From positions 18,499,501 through 18,563,500 of the forward strand of contig CM119266.1 in NCBI GenBank assembly GCA_051294375.1: a DNA stretch of 64,000 nucleotides, read 5' to 3'. The position numbers were made by a program, and so were the translations under genes. How positions within the stretch are numbered: the first letter of the stretch is position 1; every line of letters begins with the position of its first letter. Under the pieces are notes generated by a model. That model ran no database searches. It was given only the letters and a program-made list of their open reading frames with translations, and was not told where the DNA came from. Source of the DNA: Paraspadella gotoi. Lineage: Eukaryota > Animalia > Chaetognatha. Below are positions 1 through 11,205 of the stretch, piece by piece.

Positions 1-460
1 CGTCGGCCTCTTCCCTCGCATCGGCATAGAATTCCCCAGGTTCTTCTGTGTCCGTAAATTTCAAGTTTTTTACGTTGGTCAATTGTCGGTCCGCGTCGGC
101 GCCTTCCTCCTCCTTGTCGGCGCCTTCCTCCTCCTTGTCGGCGCCGTCCTCCACCTTTGCGTCGGCGCCGTCCTCTTTTGCGTCGGTAGACGCCTCTTCC
201 CTCTGTCCCTTTTCGTCGCCAAAGTCTTTCTCCTCCACGATAATGGGATCGTCGTCGTCATTGTTGTTGTTGTTTTCCTCATATTCTTTGACCGATTCGT
301 TGTTGTTGTTATTCTCTTCTTTTTCGTATTTTTCCTCTTCTTCCATATTGTTCTCTTCTTTGTTCCTGTTCTCCGCGGCCATCGACGGGAGTTCTATCTC
401 GACGATTTCTACGAAGTTGTCGTTGTTCGAACTCAAGATGTTCCACTCGAACAAATCCAT
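1..460 (-). CDS. Acidic low-complexity ORF, 3'-partial (runs off the window edge), antisense within a presumed intron of the SPS gene
   Basis: Manual translation from the ATG at 460 gives 153 uninterrupted codons: MDLFEWNILSSNNDNFVEIVEIELPSMAAENRNKEENNMEEEEKYEKEENNNNNESVKEYEENNNNNDDDDPIIVEEKDFGDEKGQREEASTDAKEDGADAKVEDGADKEEEGADKEEEGADADRQLTNVKNLKFTDTEEPGEFYADAREEAD. Not in the ORF track because there is no stop in the window. No recognised domain. Confidence 0.5.
   Translation of the reverse strand, partial: MDLFEWNILSSNNDNFVEIVEIELPSMAAENRNKEENNMEEEEKYEKEENNNNNESVKEYEENNNNNDDDDPIIVEEKDFGDEKGQREEASTDAKEDGADAKVEDGADKEEEGADKEEEGADADRQLTNVKNLKFTDTEEPGEFYADAREEAD
95..185. repeat. ~21-bp tandem repeat (GTCGGCGCCTTCCTCCTCCTT, 2 exact plus ~2 diverged units)
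   Basis: Directly visible; encodes GADKEEE-like units in the minus-strand ORF and keeps its frame. Confidence 0.85.
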
Positions 461-835
461 CCTTTTTCGATCTCTTGATATTAAATTAAATCCTTTTTTT
501 CAATTAAAATAAATAAACAAGAAGAAAGGAAATTTCGGCGAGGGTCGACTAAGCTGAGGGGGAGTCGGTATGGCCTCGGGGTAGAGGGAGAGAGTTTTCA
601 AATGCGTCTAGGCTGCGTGATATGATAGATAGCGCTGGCTTACGAAAATAATTAATTATTGATAATTATTGATATACGTTTTATGGTCTAAACTGAGATT
701 AAATTAATTAAATTAGTCTTGAAAGTTGTCTTTCTTATCACAGATGGCAATTAGAAATGTGATAGCGTACAGATTAGTTGTTTGAAAAAAAGCATTGTGT
801 GTTCAGCTAAACATTACTTTCTTTCTCGTCGACAG

Positions 836-934
836 GGAACTTCGGCGGAAACGAGCGGCGGTTTGCTCATTTGTCTGCCAAGAGAACAAGCGGCCGCGTT
901 TTGCAAAGACATAGAAAAAACAGAAAATTGTCAG
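836..934 (+). CDS. SelD: Selenophosphate synthetase (SPS/SelD/SEPHS family), penultimate coding exon
   Basis: Acceptor ctttctcgtcgacAG|GGA; translates [33 protein letters not shown]; donor CAG|[22 protein letters not shown] is the conserved C-terminal motif of metazoan SPS. SPS1 versus SPS2 cannot be decided because the Sec/Arg codon lies upstream of the window. Confidence 0.95.
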
Positions 935-1136
935 GTGATATTGAGTGACAGTGAATTAAATTCGTGTTATATTTAAATCTTCCCATCCCTTTCCAAAACA
1001 AATTCTCTGTTTGAACCTGGTAGAAAAATAATAATCAGTCTCTTCAACTTGCTGTTTAATTTATTGATAAAAACTTAAATTATTTTTATCCAATTCTGCT
1101 TTAATTAAATGCTGAAAAACCCTTTCTTAATTTTAG

Positions 1137-1244
1137 GCTTGGATCATCGGAATCGTGGAAAAGGGGAACCGAACGGCGAGGATCATTGATAAACCGAGAG
1201 TCATCGAAGTTCCCGCCAAAGAAAAGGACGGAGAGCTCTGGTAG
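1137..1244 (+). CDS. SelD: Selenophosphate synthetase, last coding exon
   Basis: Acceptor cctttcttaattttAG|GCT, in phase with the previous exon; translates [35 protein letters not shown] then TAG, resembling arthropod SPS C-termini. Not in the ORF track. Confidence 0.95.
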   Translation, partial: AWIIGIVEKGNRTARIIDKPRVIEVPAKEKDGELW

Positions 1245-1710
1245 AACTTACCTTTTGGAAACTGTCAATAAGTAGAACAAGTTAGTGTTAGCTTTCCTCT
1301 CAGTCACCAATCTAGTTGTTACTAGCTTTCGTTAAGACATTTAACGAAACTAATAGAAAGCTAGATACGAACGTTCCTCTTAAAAACTTGATTACAAATG
1401 ATTTAAACTTTGTTTATCTCAAGATATTTCGAATTGATTTTGTTGATGGCGGAATCTTGTAACTCGACTATTTCTTTTTTTTAAATTCATTTTATTGTTC
1501 CTATAAACCAATGAACATTGATTCCTAATTAAACGCTTTTTGTAAATACGTATTTCCTTTAGTTCAACTGTGAACTTAATTTTTCTTTTGTGATACTTGG
1601 CATTTTTCTTTGTTTTCACAATACAACATATTTTCAAGCGAAATATTAATTTTTAGGATTCTGCTAGTTTTCTGGTTATTTTAGTCTTCATTGTGATATC
1701 AAAATGGAGC

Positions 1711-1716
1711 AATAAA
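1711..1716 (+). terminator. Candidate proximal polyadenylation signal of the SPS gene
   Basis: AATAAA ~470 nt after the stop codon; motif match only, in AT-rich DNA. Confidence 0.4.
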
Positions 1717-2661
1717 GTTTATACTTATAAGTAGGGATTAAGACGTGAGACGTCGGGTGAATTAATCGTATTTACTTCGCTTTGAATTTCACTAAAATAA
1801 AAACTATTGCTCTGTGACGTAAGATGTTATTTTCTTATTTGTTATCAGTTAGTCTACGAAACTTATACATATAAATTCGTTATATATATTCTTTCAACAT
1901 CACATTTTGCTGTTTGGGGAGTCAAAAATGTCCGAATTAATATCGATCTTTGTTCAAATATTTTTGTTAACGACGTTTCGCTGCACTGTTGTCTGACATT
2001 TGAATAGATCGATCTTTGGCGACATCCAAAAAAAAGATTTGATACAAATCCGACACTGAACAAAAGTCACTGCACTGCATTGCAGTCTGCTTTTGGTCAT
2101 TACTTCACATCCTTTTCACGTTGTGTATAATGAACTAATTTATTTATTATACTAATTTTATTATTCTGGAATATAATTTATTAGAGAAGGACCCATAAAG
2201 GTTGAAGGCCCTGAAGGAATTAATGTTTGAAAAGGGGCCAAAAGATTTTCTCCATTCTGCAGTCGAAGAAGTGAACAAAGGACTCATTATTTTGAATCCT
2301 TTTTCTTCCGTTTTGACCTCTTCCTTTCACGACGACGAATGAAACCTCAAAACCACTTGACACAATTGACCCATAGGAGCCGAGGTCGTTCCCGTTTCAG
2401 AACCTTCGTCACCCGGATTAAAAGTGTGGGTCCGTTGGTTAAAACACCTGGACGCCAATTGAAGCCAGGCATGATGAAAGCAAAAGATTGCGATGAATAC
2501 AGGGTCTCCGGTCGAGAGGGCGGCGAGAGAACGGGCAAGTCCGTACGAGGATCTCAAAAGGGGCCTCGGAAGGAAAATAAACTGGAGCTAGAATTTGTCG
2601 TGTGTTTTCATCGATATCCCTTTCCTGCGCCACGGAAATCCCTTTCTTTAAATCTCTATTA

Positions 2662-2731
2662 CTGACCTTTTGATGACGTGTGGAGCCAGAAAATGGCGTA
2701 TGTCGCCAGGCTTTTGGCGCCAGAAGATTAG
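2662..2731 (+). promoter_or_regulatory. Type II SECIS-like stem-loop, non-canonical
   Basis: ATGAC (2673-2677), GGAGCC (2682-2687) pairing with GGCTTT (2709-2714), unpaired AGAAAA (2688-2693), apical mini-helix TGGCG-tatgt-CGCCA (2694-2708), and GA at 2723-2724. Lower helix II is imperfect and spacings are slightly longer than the standard pattern. Folded by eye only. Confidence 0.3.
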
Positions 2732-3285
2732 AATTGGCGCGCGTTGGGATGCCAGGTGTTAAGGTGGACCGAGGGTTGCCATGGGGTCACCTTTACAACA
2801 ATACCCTCTTGCCTAGTTTTCATTAGACGCCGAAAATACCTTTTGAGAGACCCAAGACCACAACAATATCGCCATTGACACTCGGCATTTTTATTTAAGA
2901 GGAAAGGTCATTTAGCATAACAATACGTAATCATTGATGTATTAGAGCTAATATATCGAGAAATACATTATAGTCATCAGTAATGACAAAAAAAATAAGT
3001 TTTTATTTATATGTAAACATTCTGTTTTCAATCATTTTTTTTTTTTAATCAGTAAATAAAACAAAATTGTTAAGTTAATTGGGTAAGCACATTTTTTAAA
3101 GATTTGTTTTTCAATCTGGTTGTTAAAAAATTCTAGGTAAGAAGTTAAAAAACGGTATGGGATAATTTAGAAGGGGAGAATTAAACAATTAATCTTGTTA
3201 CTCTGTTGGTTTTCCAGTCATGAACAAAATCTTCAGTTATATAGATGGTAAAGAAATTCGAGCTACAATGAATCTACACTGAATT

Positions 3286-3558
3286 TGAAGAGTTGCAGCC
3301 TAAACTACTGCAATAATATTGATTTAAAAATTTGATGAGCAATCTTAAAAACACTTGTAAAAATGTAATAGAGAGACATTTTGATAAACGCGTTCCAGTT
3401 AGGAAGAATTCAGGGTTAAAGTTTAAAAACGTTTCATTTTCAAGGATACAAGTTGAAATTTAAAAATGTCTCTCTATTACATTTTTCTAATTCAGTAATA
3501 AAAAATTCATAAAAAATGTCAGATGGATTGGCTTTTTCATTTGACCTGCAACTCTTCA
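3286..3558. mobile_element. MITE-like / fold-back element (~273 bp)
   Basis: Perfect 13-bp inverted termini TGAAGAGTTGCAG (3286-3298) / CTGCAACTCTTCA (3546-3558), plus a perfect 24-bp internal inverted pair (3359-3382 / 3463-3486) placed symmetrically 60 and 59 nt inside the termini. No target-site duplication identified. Confidence 0.6.
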
Positions 3559-6500
3559 GATAGGTTTCTTTTATTTTATATTATAATTAAAACCGATATA
3601 AAATGGCGTAGAATGCATCAAATGTTTAAAGTAAATACATTTTTGGAATCGCCAGGAGCTTTTGTACTCCATTTTGGCATATTTTGAAGTTGATTTGAAT
3701 AACCCTTTTTCTTAAAGAGTCTTCTTCCTAACGAATTGAATCGGTCTGACCGCCACCGCCCTGTCGAACTCTCTAACCGAGACTGAAGAGCGTAGAAGAT
3801 TTATTCTAGATTTAGAGCAATGGATTGCGGGAGGGCAAGGGAAGGTTGGGGAAAAAGCCCGTCCGGTGGGGGGCTGGAGCATGGCCTTCCTTGTTACCCG
3901 TCCAAACTGATGCGGAGTGTACACTGTACAGTGTACAGTGTACACGGACGGACGCGTCGACCGGCGGAGAATTAGATTTACGATCCTCTCTCTCTCTCTC
4001 TCCAGGGGCGAAGAACTTCGCTGACGCAACCCGAAGTAATCACCTTCCCGCCTTCCACTCATCATTTTCGAGTTATGACCAATTTGATGGTCATCGCTAA
4101 GTTAAGTATTGCTACTAAATTATGATCCTGTTTCTAATCACCACTCGAGAAATTAACGATCAATAGAGTTGCCAAACTGTCTTCTAAAAGCGAAAGTTGT
4201 ACCATCGCGAATCCCGAGGTTTTATGTAATGATCGAGTCTTTTATTACAAGTTAAATGAAGTCTACGCTCTAGGAACTCTTTAAAATGACAACTCTCTTC
4301 GTAGAGACGACGATTAAAATAATAACCCAACTCGTAATCTTGACCCTCGAAACGAGAATGTTAATCGTTTTTCGTCGTCGTCGTCGTCGAAGTAGTCTTA
4401 GTTATCTTCGTTGTCGTCGTCGTTTCTTCTGCGTTCTGGTGGCTTCTTTTTTTTTTTCTTTTTCTTTTCAGAAGAGAAAGTCAATTGTTGGCGAAGACAA
4501 TAGGGCTTTTTGTGAGAAAAGGGGGGGAAAAAGGGGAAAAAAAGTTGTTTTCGATATTTTGGTTGTTGTTGTTCCTTTTGTTTTAGTTGATGACTTTTAA
4601 GGTAGTCATTAGATTAGTATATGTTTGATCTACTTCATTGCTATATATTTGCATGATTAATATTACCAGCGTTTGAGAATTTGAAGTATATATATATATA
4701 TATATTTACTTACAGTTCACGAGTTTTGAATTCACTTTTTGATTACTGAATTAGACTTTGTATTTCTTTATCTGTTTATTGTTGATGATTCCTGTTAATG
4801 AATCCAACTTTTTAAATTAAATAAACTTCTCATTAACAAAATCCGAAAATGTCGAGACGGGCGTTTTATACTAAGTGAAAATAAAAACAAACGGAAAGAA
4901 ATGATCCGTACTGTGCACTGTGCAGTGTGCAGGTTTTTACTCTAGGGTAAGAGAAAAAATTGTAGCTTTAATCCTTTTTAAGTAACAGAATTTCAAAAAG
5001 AAAGAAAAATAAACTATTTTTTGATCAAGCATGTTTTCTTACTTCTATAATCTATTAATCCAAGCATGAATGGCAAAATGTAAACAAAACAAGGGTATAA
5101 AATCCTCGTTAACCTTAATTTAAAGCGTGAAACAAATTTTTTACCCTAACCAAGATATGTCGCTCCGCGCTTAGAAAAAAATCCGAAAGAACGAAGCGGT
5201 TTCTGATAATTTTGGTTCCTAGCAATTTTTGCACCAGTAGCGCAGTAAATATTACAAAACCATGGATGATTTCTGAAACTGCAGTGTTTGGGCTATCCAA
5301 CGCAGCCGGAACAAAGAAAATCCATAAAGGTTTTGACTAATTTCCTTTTGAATTTTTTGTTATTTTGCGGTATTTATTGTAGAAGTCAAATAAATATACA
5401 GCGGTCATGCACTGATTCCGATTCTGTTGGGTTTAGCCTATCTTTCAAGAACATAACGAAAAAAATAACTTGACGTCATAGTAAGAAATAATAGCAATTA
5501 TTCCAAATTTTTTCTCAAAATTTTTCATCATTTTTCTTTATTACTGTTTTTGCCAAACATGCCCTTTAAAATTATAAAAATAAAAGGTAAATTTTGTTGA
5601 CGGAACAAAGAAAATTCATTGATATCATAGTCTCAATATGGAGTCTTGAAATACCTCATTTTCTTCGTAATTTACTCCTTTATTGAAAAAGGCCTTGTAT
5701 TATAATAAAAATTGAAAACAACAATTTAACCATACAGCTTCATGCATTAGTGTGTTATTGAAAGATTGTAGTGGTTTTTTAATAAAAATTGTTTATATTA
5801 ATATAGCTAATGGGCAATATGCAAATTTGCAAATTTGCACCTGAAGATGACCAAAATTTAAAAATATGATAATACAGTCTTTTAGCCCTATGTCAGTAGT
5901 TTTTAAATCAGGGAGAACAAAGTTTGAACTCCTAAATTTTCATATTTAAATCATATGTTTTTTAAGGTTGTTTAATGATTTTTTAATTATTTTTTCTTTT
6001 CAACAAAATTATAATTTATTATCCTTAGTAATTATATAAACGTTTGAGGTATAGATAATCTTAGTTTGCATAATAAACATAATTCAATCTTTTCTCTTTC
6101 AGAATCTTTATTTTTTTATTTTTTTAAATACGGCCAAGTATGTTTAATTTAATTTCAAACGTTGTTATACTTTTGACTAAGATTTCGATACAGAATAAAG
6201 AAAAAATCCTTTGAAACGTTTGAGAAAAATTATATGGAAAAGATGCCCCAAAATTATGGCTTTAATATGATACCAGTCTCATCGTTCTATCATTTTTGTT
6301 TCAAAAGATATCAAAGAAAATCATTTTTTTTATTACCAATTTAGTCACTCGGCCGAAGCTAAAAATTTAAGTTGAACCAAAAGAAAATTTAACCAACGCA
6401 GATTTGTTTTAAAAATTGGGCGTGAAAAATGACCATTTTTTAAAGATTAGTTTTCAATGCGTGAATCAATTGATATGAAATGTTGCATCAACAATATTGA

Positions 6501-8622
6501 CATCATTTCCTATCAGTAAATGTAAAAATATTTAAAATAACATTATAAACGACCAGGTAACTTGCCTATCTCGCTAACCGTCTTTTCTTCAACTTGAAGA
6601 TGCTTTTCTCTTTATGCGTCTTCGTTTTGTTTACATAACAATCTTTCGACGTCGCCTATAACGCAAAGTGAACATACGTACTTAATCGCTCGCTCTCTGC
6701 ATATGATTTTTTTTTAAAAGTTGTATCAGTTTAGTAAGATTCTTCCGCAAAGGTTGGGCGAATTAATGAGCCGAACGATCATCAAATGAAATTCTTCTTA
6801 GGACCAGATTCAAGATAATTGTCTGCTCGACCCAAATCTTGTCGTCCGGGTGTCGTTGGTTGAAGTCAATTTCCTCGGCCGAATCTCGCCGACGAGTCGA
6901 AACGGAACGATAGATATTAAATGTTCATTAAAGTTCTTTAAAATCTCGTGTTATTTTAAAATAAAAAAAAAAGAGAAAGAAAGTAAGAGGGAGTGAGGAA
7001 AGGAAGGAATCGCGAATCTAAGAACGAAAAGAGCGCAAGTGACATAAGAAGATGAAAATTTCAGGTTTTAATCTTATAAATTCAATTTTTAAATCAGGTC
7101 AGCTTTGATTAAAAATTTAAGGTTATGACTTGATAATTCAATTACGGAACACTGGTTTTGGTTGCCATAGAGATCATTTATTTGTTGTGAGCATTTTTTT
7201 ACGCTGATGATATAGCTTTGTTACCTCCAACGATTTCTGGTATAAAAAAAAAGATTTATATATGTGCTAAGTTGCTAACTATAGTAGTAGCAATGCTATT
7301 AGTTTTAATTTTAATAAAACAAAAACAGTGTATTTTGACAAACAAAAGTATTGTATTAACAAAGATTAATTAATTAATTAAAGGTGTTAATCTGTAATGC
7401 TGTATGCCCTTTTGAATGTACCTGCTTTAGAATATTTTGGCGCAGACGCACGTGGTGGTCGTTCACCACATATGTGAAAGGCTTTTCTCTTAAGTAAGCT
7501 TCTATCCGACTAAATATCAACATATTCGTATGTATTTCTATGTCAGTGATCATAGAAATGGTTACTACTATAACTATTGTTGAAGTTTGAAGTTTGCGAA
7601 ATTCATAACGAACTGGATGTCAAATCAACGAACAAACGAAAGGTATAACTAAAATGATTGTTCTCTAAATGTAACTGACCGACTTTCGCCATAAGAGCAA
7701 AATACTAAAATTCTAAATTATCTAAACTACTAAAATTACTAATTTCTTTGATTTTCAATCCTATCGAGTGATCGAACGTTTTCTCTCGCTTTTCTTTCTT
7801 TTTCTCTTGCTTTCCTATTTTCACCTTTTGTCTTTTTCCCTCCCAACTTGTCAGCTTTCTCCGTGTTCTTTCCATCTGTTTTCGAATTTTGAGCTTCCGT
7901 CGTCATCGTCGTCGTCGTTGTCACCATCGTCATCTCCATCGTCGTTGTGACCCACCTGACCCGAGTCTCTTGGCCCGACACCGAAAAAATCCCTCGACTT
8001 CTCGAGATTCGCACAATGGATCGCTATGGGTCGACGAGGTAAGGGGCTTCACTTGCCGCGGCATCGCACAATGGGAATCGGAATTGAATTCAAGCCTCTT
8101 CCTCACCCGGTCGTGACTTCTCCTCTTCCTCTTCCCCATATTTCTGAGCTCACCATCTCTGCCTTCACCATTTCATTTCATTTCAGCTCTCCAAGTTATT
8201 TGGTTCAAAGTCAACGAAAAAATAAAATTATAATTTTCTTCATTTTCTTCGATTTCCCGGTCAACAAATTGCAACTAGGCGATTCTGCCACTCTCTACAA
8301 TCTATTTTCATATCTTCAGCGCACTCCGTTATTGGCGACGATATCGTTGTTCTATCTTCAGGCCACTCGCTATTTCGCCATCGACGATTTTGGCATTTTG
8401 CCATCATCTCGGTCAAATATATTCCTACAATCTACATCCTCTGTTGCCAATTTTCGCCATCACCTCATTTGAAATTTCATCTCTAATTGTTAAAAAACCA
8501 ACAAAAATATCAAGAAATAAATTCTAACTTTTATCCTCATCACTACGCAACTTAAAATTCGATAGACTCTCATAAAAAAGTTCTCAAAAATCCGCGAAAG
8601 AGATTTTTAAGAATCGCGTTCC

Positions 8623-8636
8623 GTTTCCATGGTAGC
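8623..8636. promoter_or_regulatory. RFX X-box motif
   Basis: GTTTCCATGGTAGC; the reverse complement GCTACC-AT-GGAAAC fits GYTRYY-N1-3-RRHRAC. Lies ~220 nt upstream of the ATG at 8858 in a CpG-rich patch. Confidence 0.5.
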
Positions 8637-8857
8637 GATACAACGCGTCTTTACCGATTTCGATCGTCATAGAGAGTAAGAGAATCTATTGCGATCGATT
8701 TCGTCCTTTCATAGACTTACCCTTCGAGTCAAATCGCCACACCTTCCCAGTAAGCTGTCTACAGAAAAACTGTAAGAATAAACGAAAAACTTATAAATAA
8801 TAAACAAACTATAAATATTTCCTCTCGATTAAAATAAAATAAAGCAAAACGCAAAAA

Positions 8858-9576
8858 ATGTCCCCTTCCAAAGAAAAAATCGTCGCCACCGACGAGATTG
8901 CAGACCCGATTGCGAAGCCGAATCCTGGCGCCACCACGAGCTCTGGAACCGCAGAAGATGCAACCGCTGAGAAGCAGACGTCTTCGGCTCAGAAGCGGAA
9001 AGCGGAAAAGGAGCCGTCCGTGTCTGGGAAGCGGAATTCGAGAAGTTCGAATTTTGCTGGTCAGAGGAGCGAAAAGAAGGAGCAGAGGGAAGGAGCGCTG
9101 GAGTCAAACCCACCCTCTCTCTTTCAGGAGAGGATCTCGGAAGACGGCTCAGTAGCCGTCCCCGTCACTTCATCTCCCTCCATAATCTCTACCTTTTCCT
9201 CCTCTTCTTCCTCCTGTCTCTCACCTCCTTCTTCTCCTCCTCCTCCTCCTCCACCTGCTCGTCGTAAGAAGGAGTTCTACTATTGCTGGTCCAACTGGAA
9301 CAAAGGAGAAGTCCCAGACGATTTCCCGACGAAAAGGTGGAGGCGCGCCCACTTCCGGCGACGCGACCACGCCTACAATTCCAAATACGGCTGGAATCGT
9401 CACTTGGTCGGAGTGGAGTGGGTTAAGTTTGATTCGAAGCTCCGAGGAAGTGAAGTAGAAGCGGACAGTGACGTAGAGTCGGAGTTGGAGGAGGGAGGAA
9501 GTGGAGCAGAGTCGGAGCAGGAGCGGATGCCTCCACTCGGCGTCGATGAAGAATTCGAAGACTACATCCATCCCGA
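8858..9576 (+). CDS. Exon 1 of an MGA/Ocm-type Cys-motif protein (~1138 aa spliced)
   Basis: GC-rich ORF starting at aaaATG; ends at a strong donor CCCGA|GTAAGT (phase 2), so the TAA used in the ORF track is intronic. Contains basic NLS-like patches, a W/Y/H-rich segment and DHAY. Confidence 0.8.
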
Positions 9577-9684
9577 GTAAGTTTGGTTGATATTTTAATG
9601 CAAGTAAAATTGATTAATTTTTAGTTTTGATTTTTTTTATTTATAGTTTTACGTTTCTTTATCTTTCCCTATGTCTGTCCGTCA

Positions 9685-9705
9685 GTCTCTCTCTCTCACA
9701 CTCAC

Positions 9706-9787
<82 letters not shown>

Positions 9788-9790
9788 ACC
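9685..9790. repeat. (CT)n microsatellite in the intron
   Basis: Directly visible. Confidence 0.95.
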
Positions 9791-10614
9791 ATTTCTCTCT
9801 TTTTATTTTTAGTCTATATAAAATTTTTTTCTCCCAATTTTCCAATTTTTTTTTTCCGTCTTCTTTGTAACTTTTTCTACCTACTATGAGGATTTGTCTC
9901 TTACTTTTTCTACTATGAGCATTTTCCCTTTACTTTCTATAGAAATTTGCTCTTCTGTCTGCACCCACTAGATCTTCACTTGAATTGCTTTACACAAATG
10001 GCAAATTTTTGTTTGTTTTGGTCTTAATAAACCAGATGGCTCCACAAACAAAAGAGCGTTTTTAAAACAAAATAGCAATGAAATTTAATTTTCGTATATC
10101 TTTTCTGAAACAAAAGAACAGTCCTATTAAATCTTCTTTGTATTTTTACCCTATTCTACTAGAGGGCTTTACAAAACAGGAGGCTTTTTGTAAGACAAAG
10201 GAACATTCAAAAAATTTTATCTGAACCCACTAGATCTTCACTTGCACCTGCTCTTCAACAAAATAGCAAGTGTTTTTTTCGATTTTTTTATAGTAAATAT
10301 TTTTAAAAATAGTTTTTTTTTTATTTTTGCAAAATATGAAAATATGCAAAATTACCTGTTTTACTATTTTCTTGTTGCTTGCATTGTGAATGGCCTTCTT
10401 TTGCCGCATGCAACATAATCTTAAAAGTATAATGATCTCGCCAGACCTTACTATCAAAAAAATTAATAAAAAGTATTATAATCTAATTTGCATATTGCAG
10501 TAAATCATGATTAAATGGAAATTCAACCAAAAAATATTTGAATCGATATGAAACAAAGAAAATGAATACACATTTTAACTTCCTCACTGCCTCACTAATG
10601 GAACTTGATAACTA

Positions 10615-11075
10615 GATAGTTGAAAGCTAAAAAATTATGTAAGATGAAAAAATTATGCAAGTTGAAAAAATTATACAAATTAAAAAAATTATACAAGTTG
10701 AAAAAATTATGCAAGTTAAAAAAATTATGCAAGTTGAAAAAATTAGGCAAGTTGAAAAAATTATGCAAGATAAAAAAATTATACAAGTTGAAAAAATTAT
10801 GCAAGTTAAAAAAATTATGCAAGTTTAAAAAATTATACAAGTTGAAAAAAGTATGCAAGTTGAAAAAAGTATACAAGTTGAAAAAAGTATGCAAGTTAAA
10901 AAAGTATGCAAGCTGGAAAAATTATACAATTTGAAAAAAATGATGCTAGTTGAAAAAATGATACAAGTTGAAAAAATGATAAACGCTAAAAAAATAATGC
11001 AAGCTAAAAAATTGATACAAGCTGAAAAATAATACAAGTTGAAAAAATGAAAAAGTTAAAAAATGATGCAAATTT
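10615..11075. repeat. 18-bp intronic minisatellite (AAGTTGAAAAAATTAT[G/A]C), ~25 units, degenerating at the 3' end
   Basis: Directly visible; explains the KLKKLC and FFNLHN ORFs. Confidence 0.95.
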
Positions 11076-11205
11076 ATAAAAATATTATTATTGCCGCAGT
11101 AACAGTTCAGTTTAAGCCTTTGAAAGCGATTTACATGTATTGGCGCAGCCACTGGTTAACTTAATGGTTAATATTTATCCCGTCTCTTCCTTTTCCCTTC
11201 ATCAG

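Noticed and set aside
48-512. Plus-strand Ser/Phe/Leu-rich ORFs
   Set aside because: Antisense shadows of the acidic minus-strand ORF; they show no SPS similarity.
1394-1445. ATGA...TGAT arrangement resembling a SECIS near the SPS stop
   Set aside because: No continuous helix II and no correctly placed apical AA.
2327-2900. GC-richer segment as a coding exon or transposon ORF
   Set aside because: The frames I translated are interrupted by stops and show no recognisable motif; only the SECIS-like hairpin was kept.
10595-11037. ORFs with KLKKLC / FFNLHN repeats
   Set aside because: Products of an 18-bp minisatellite inside the 9577-11205 intron.
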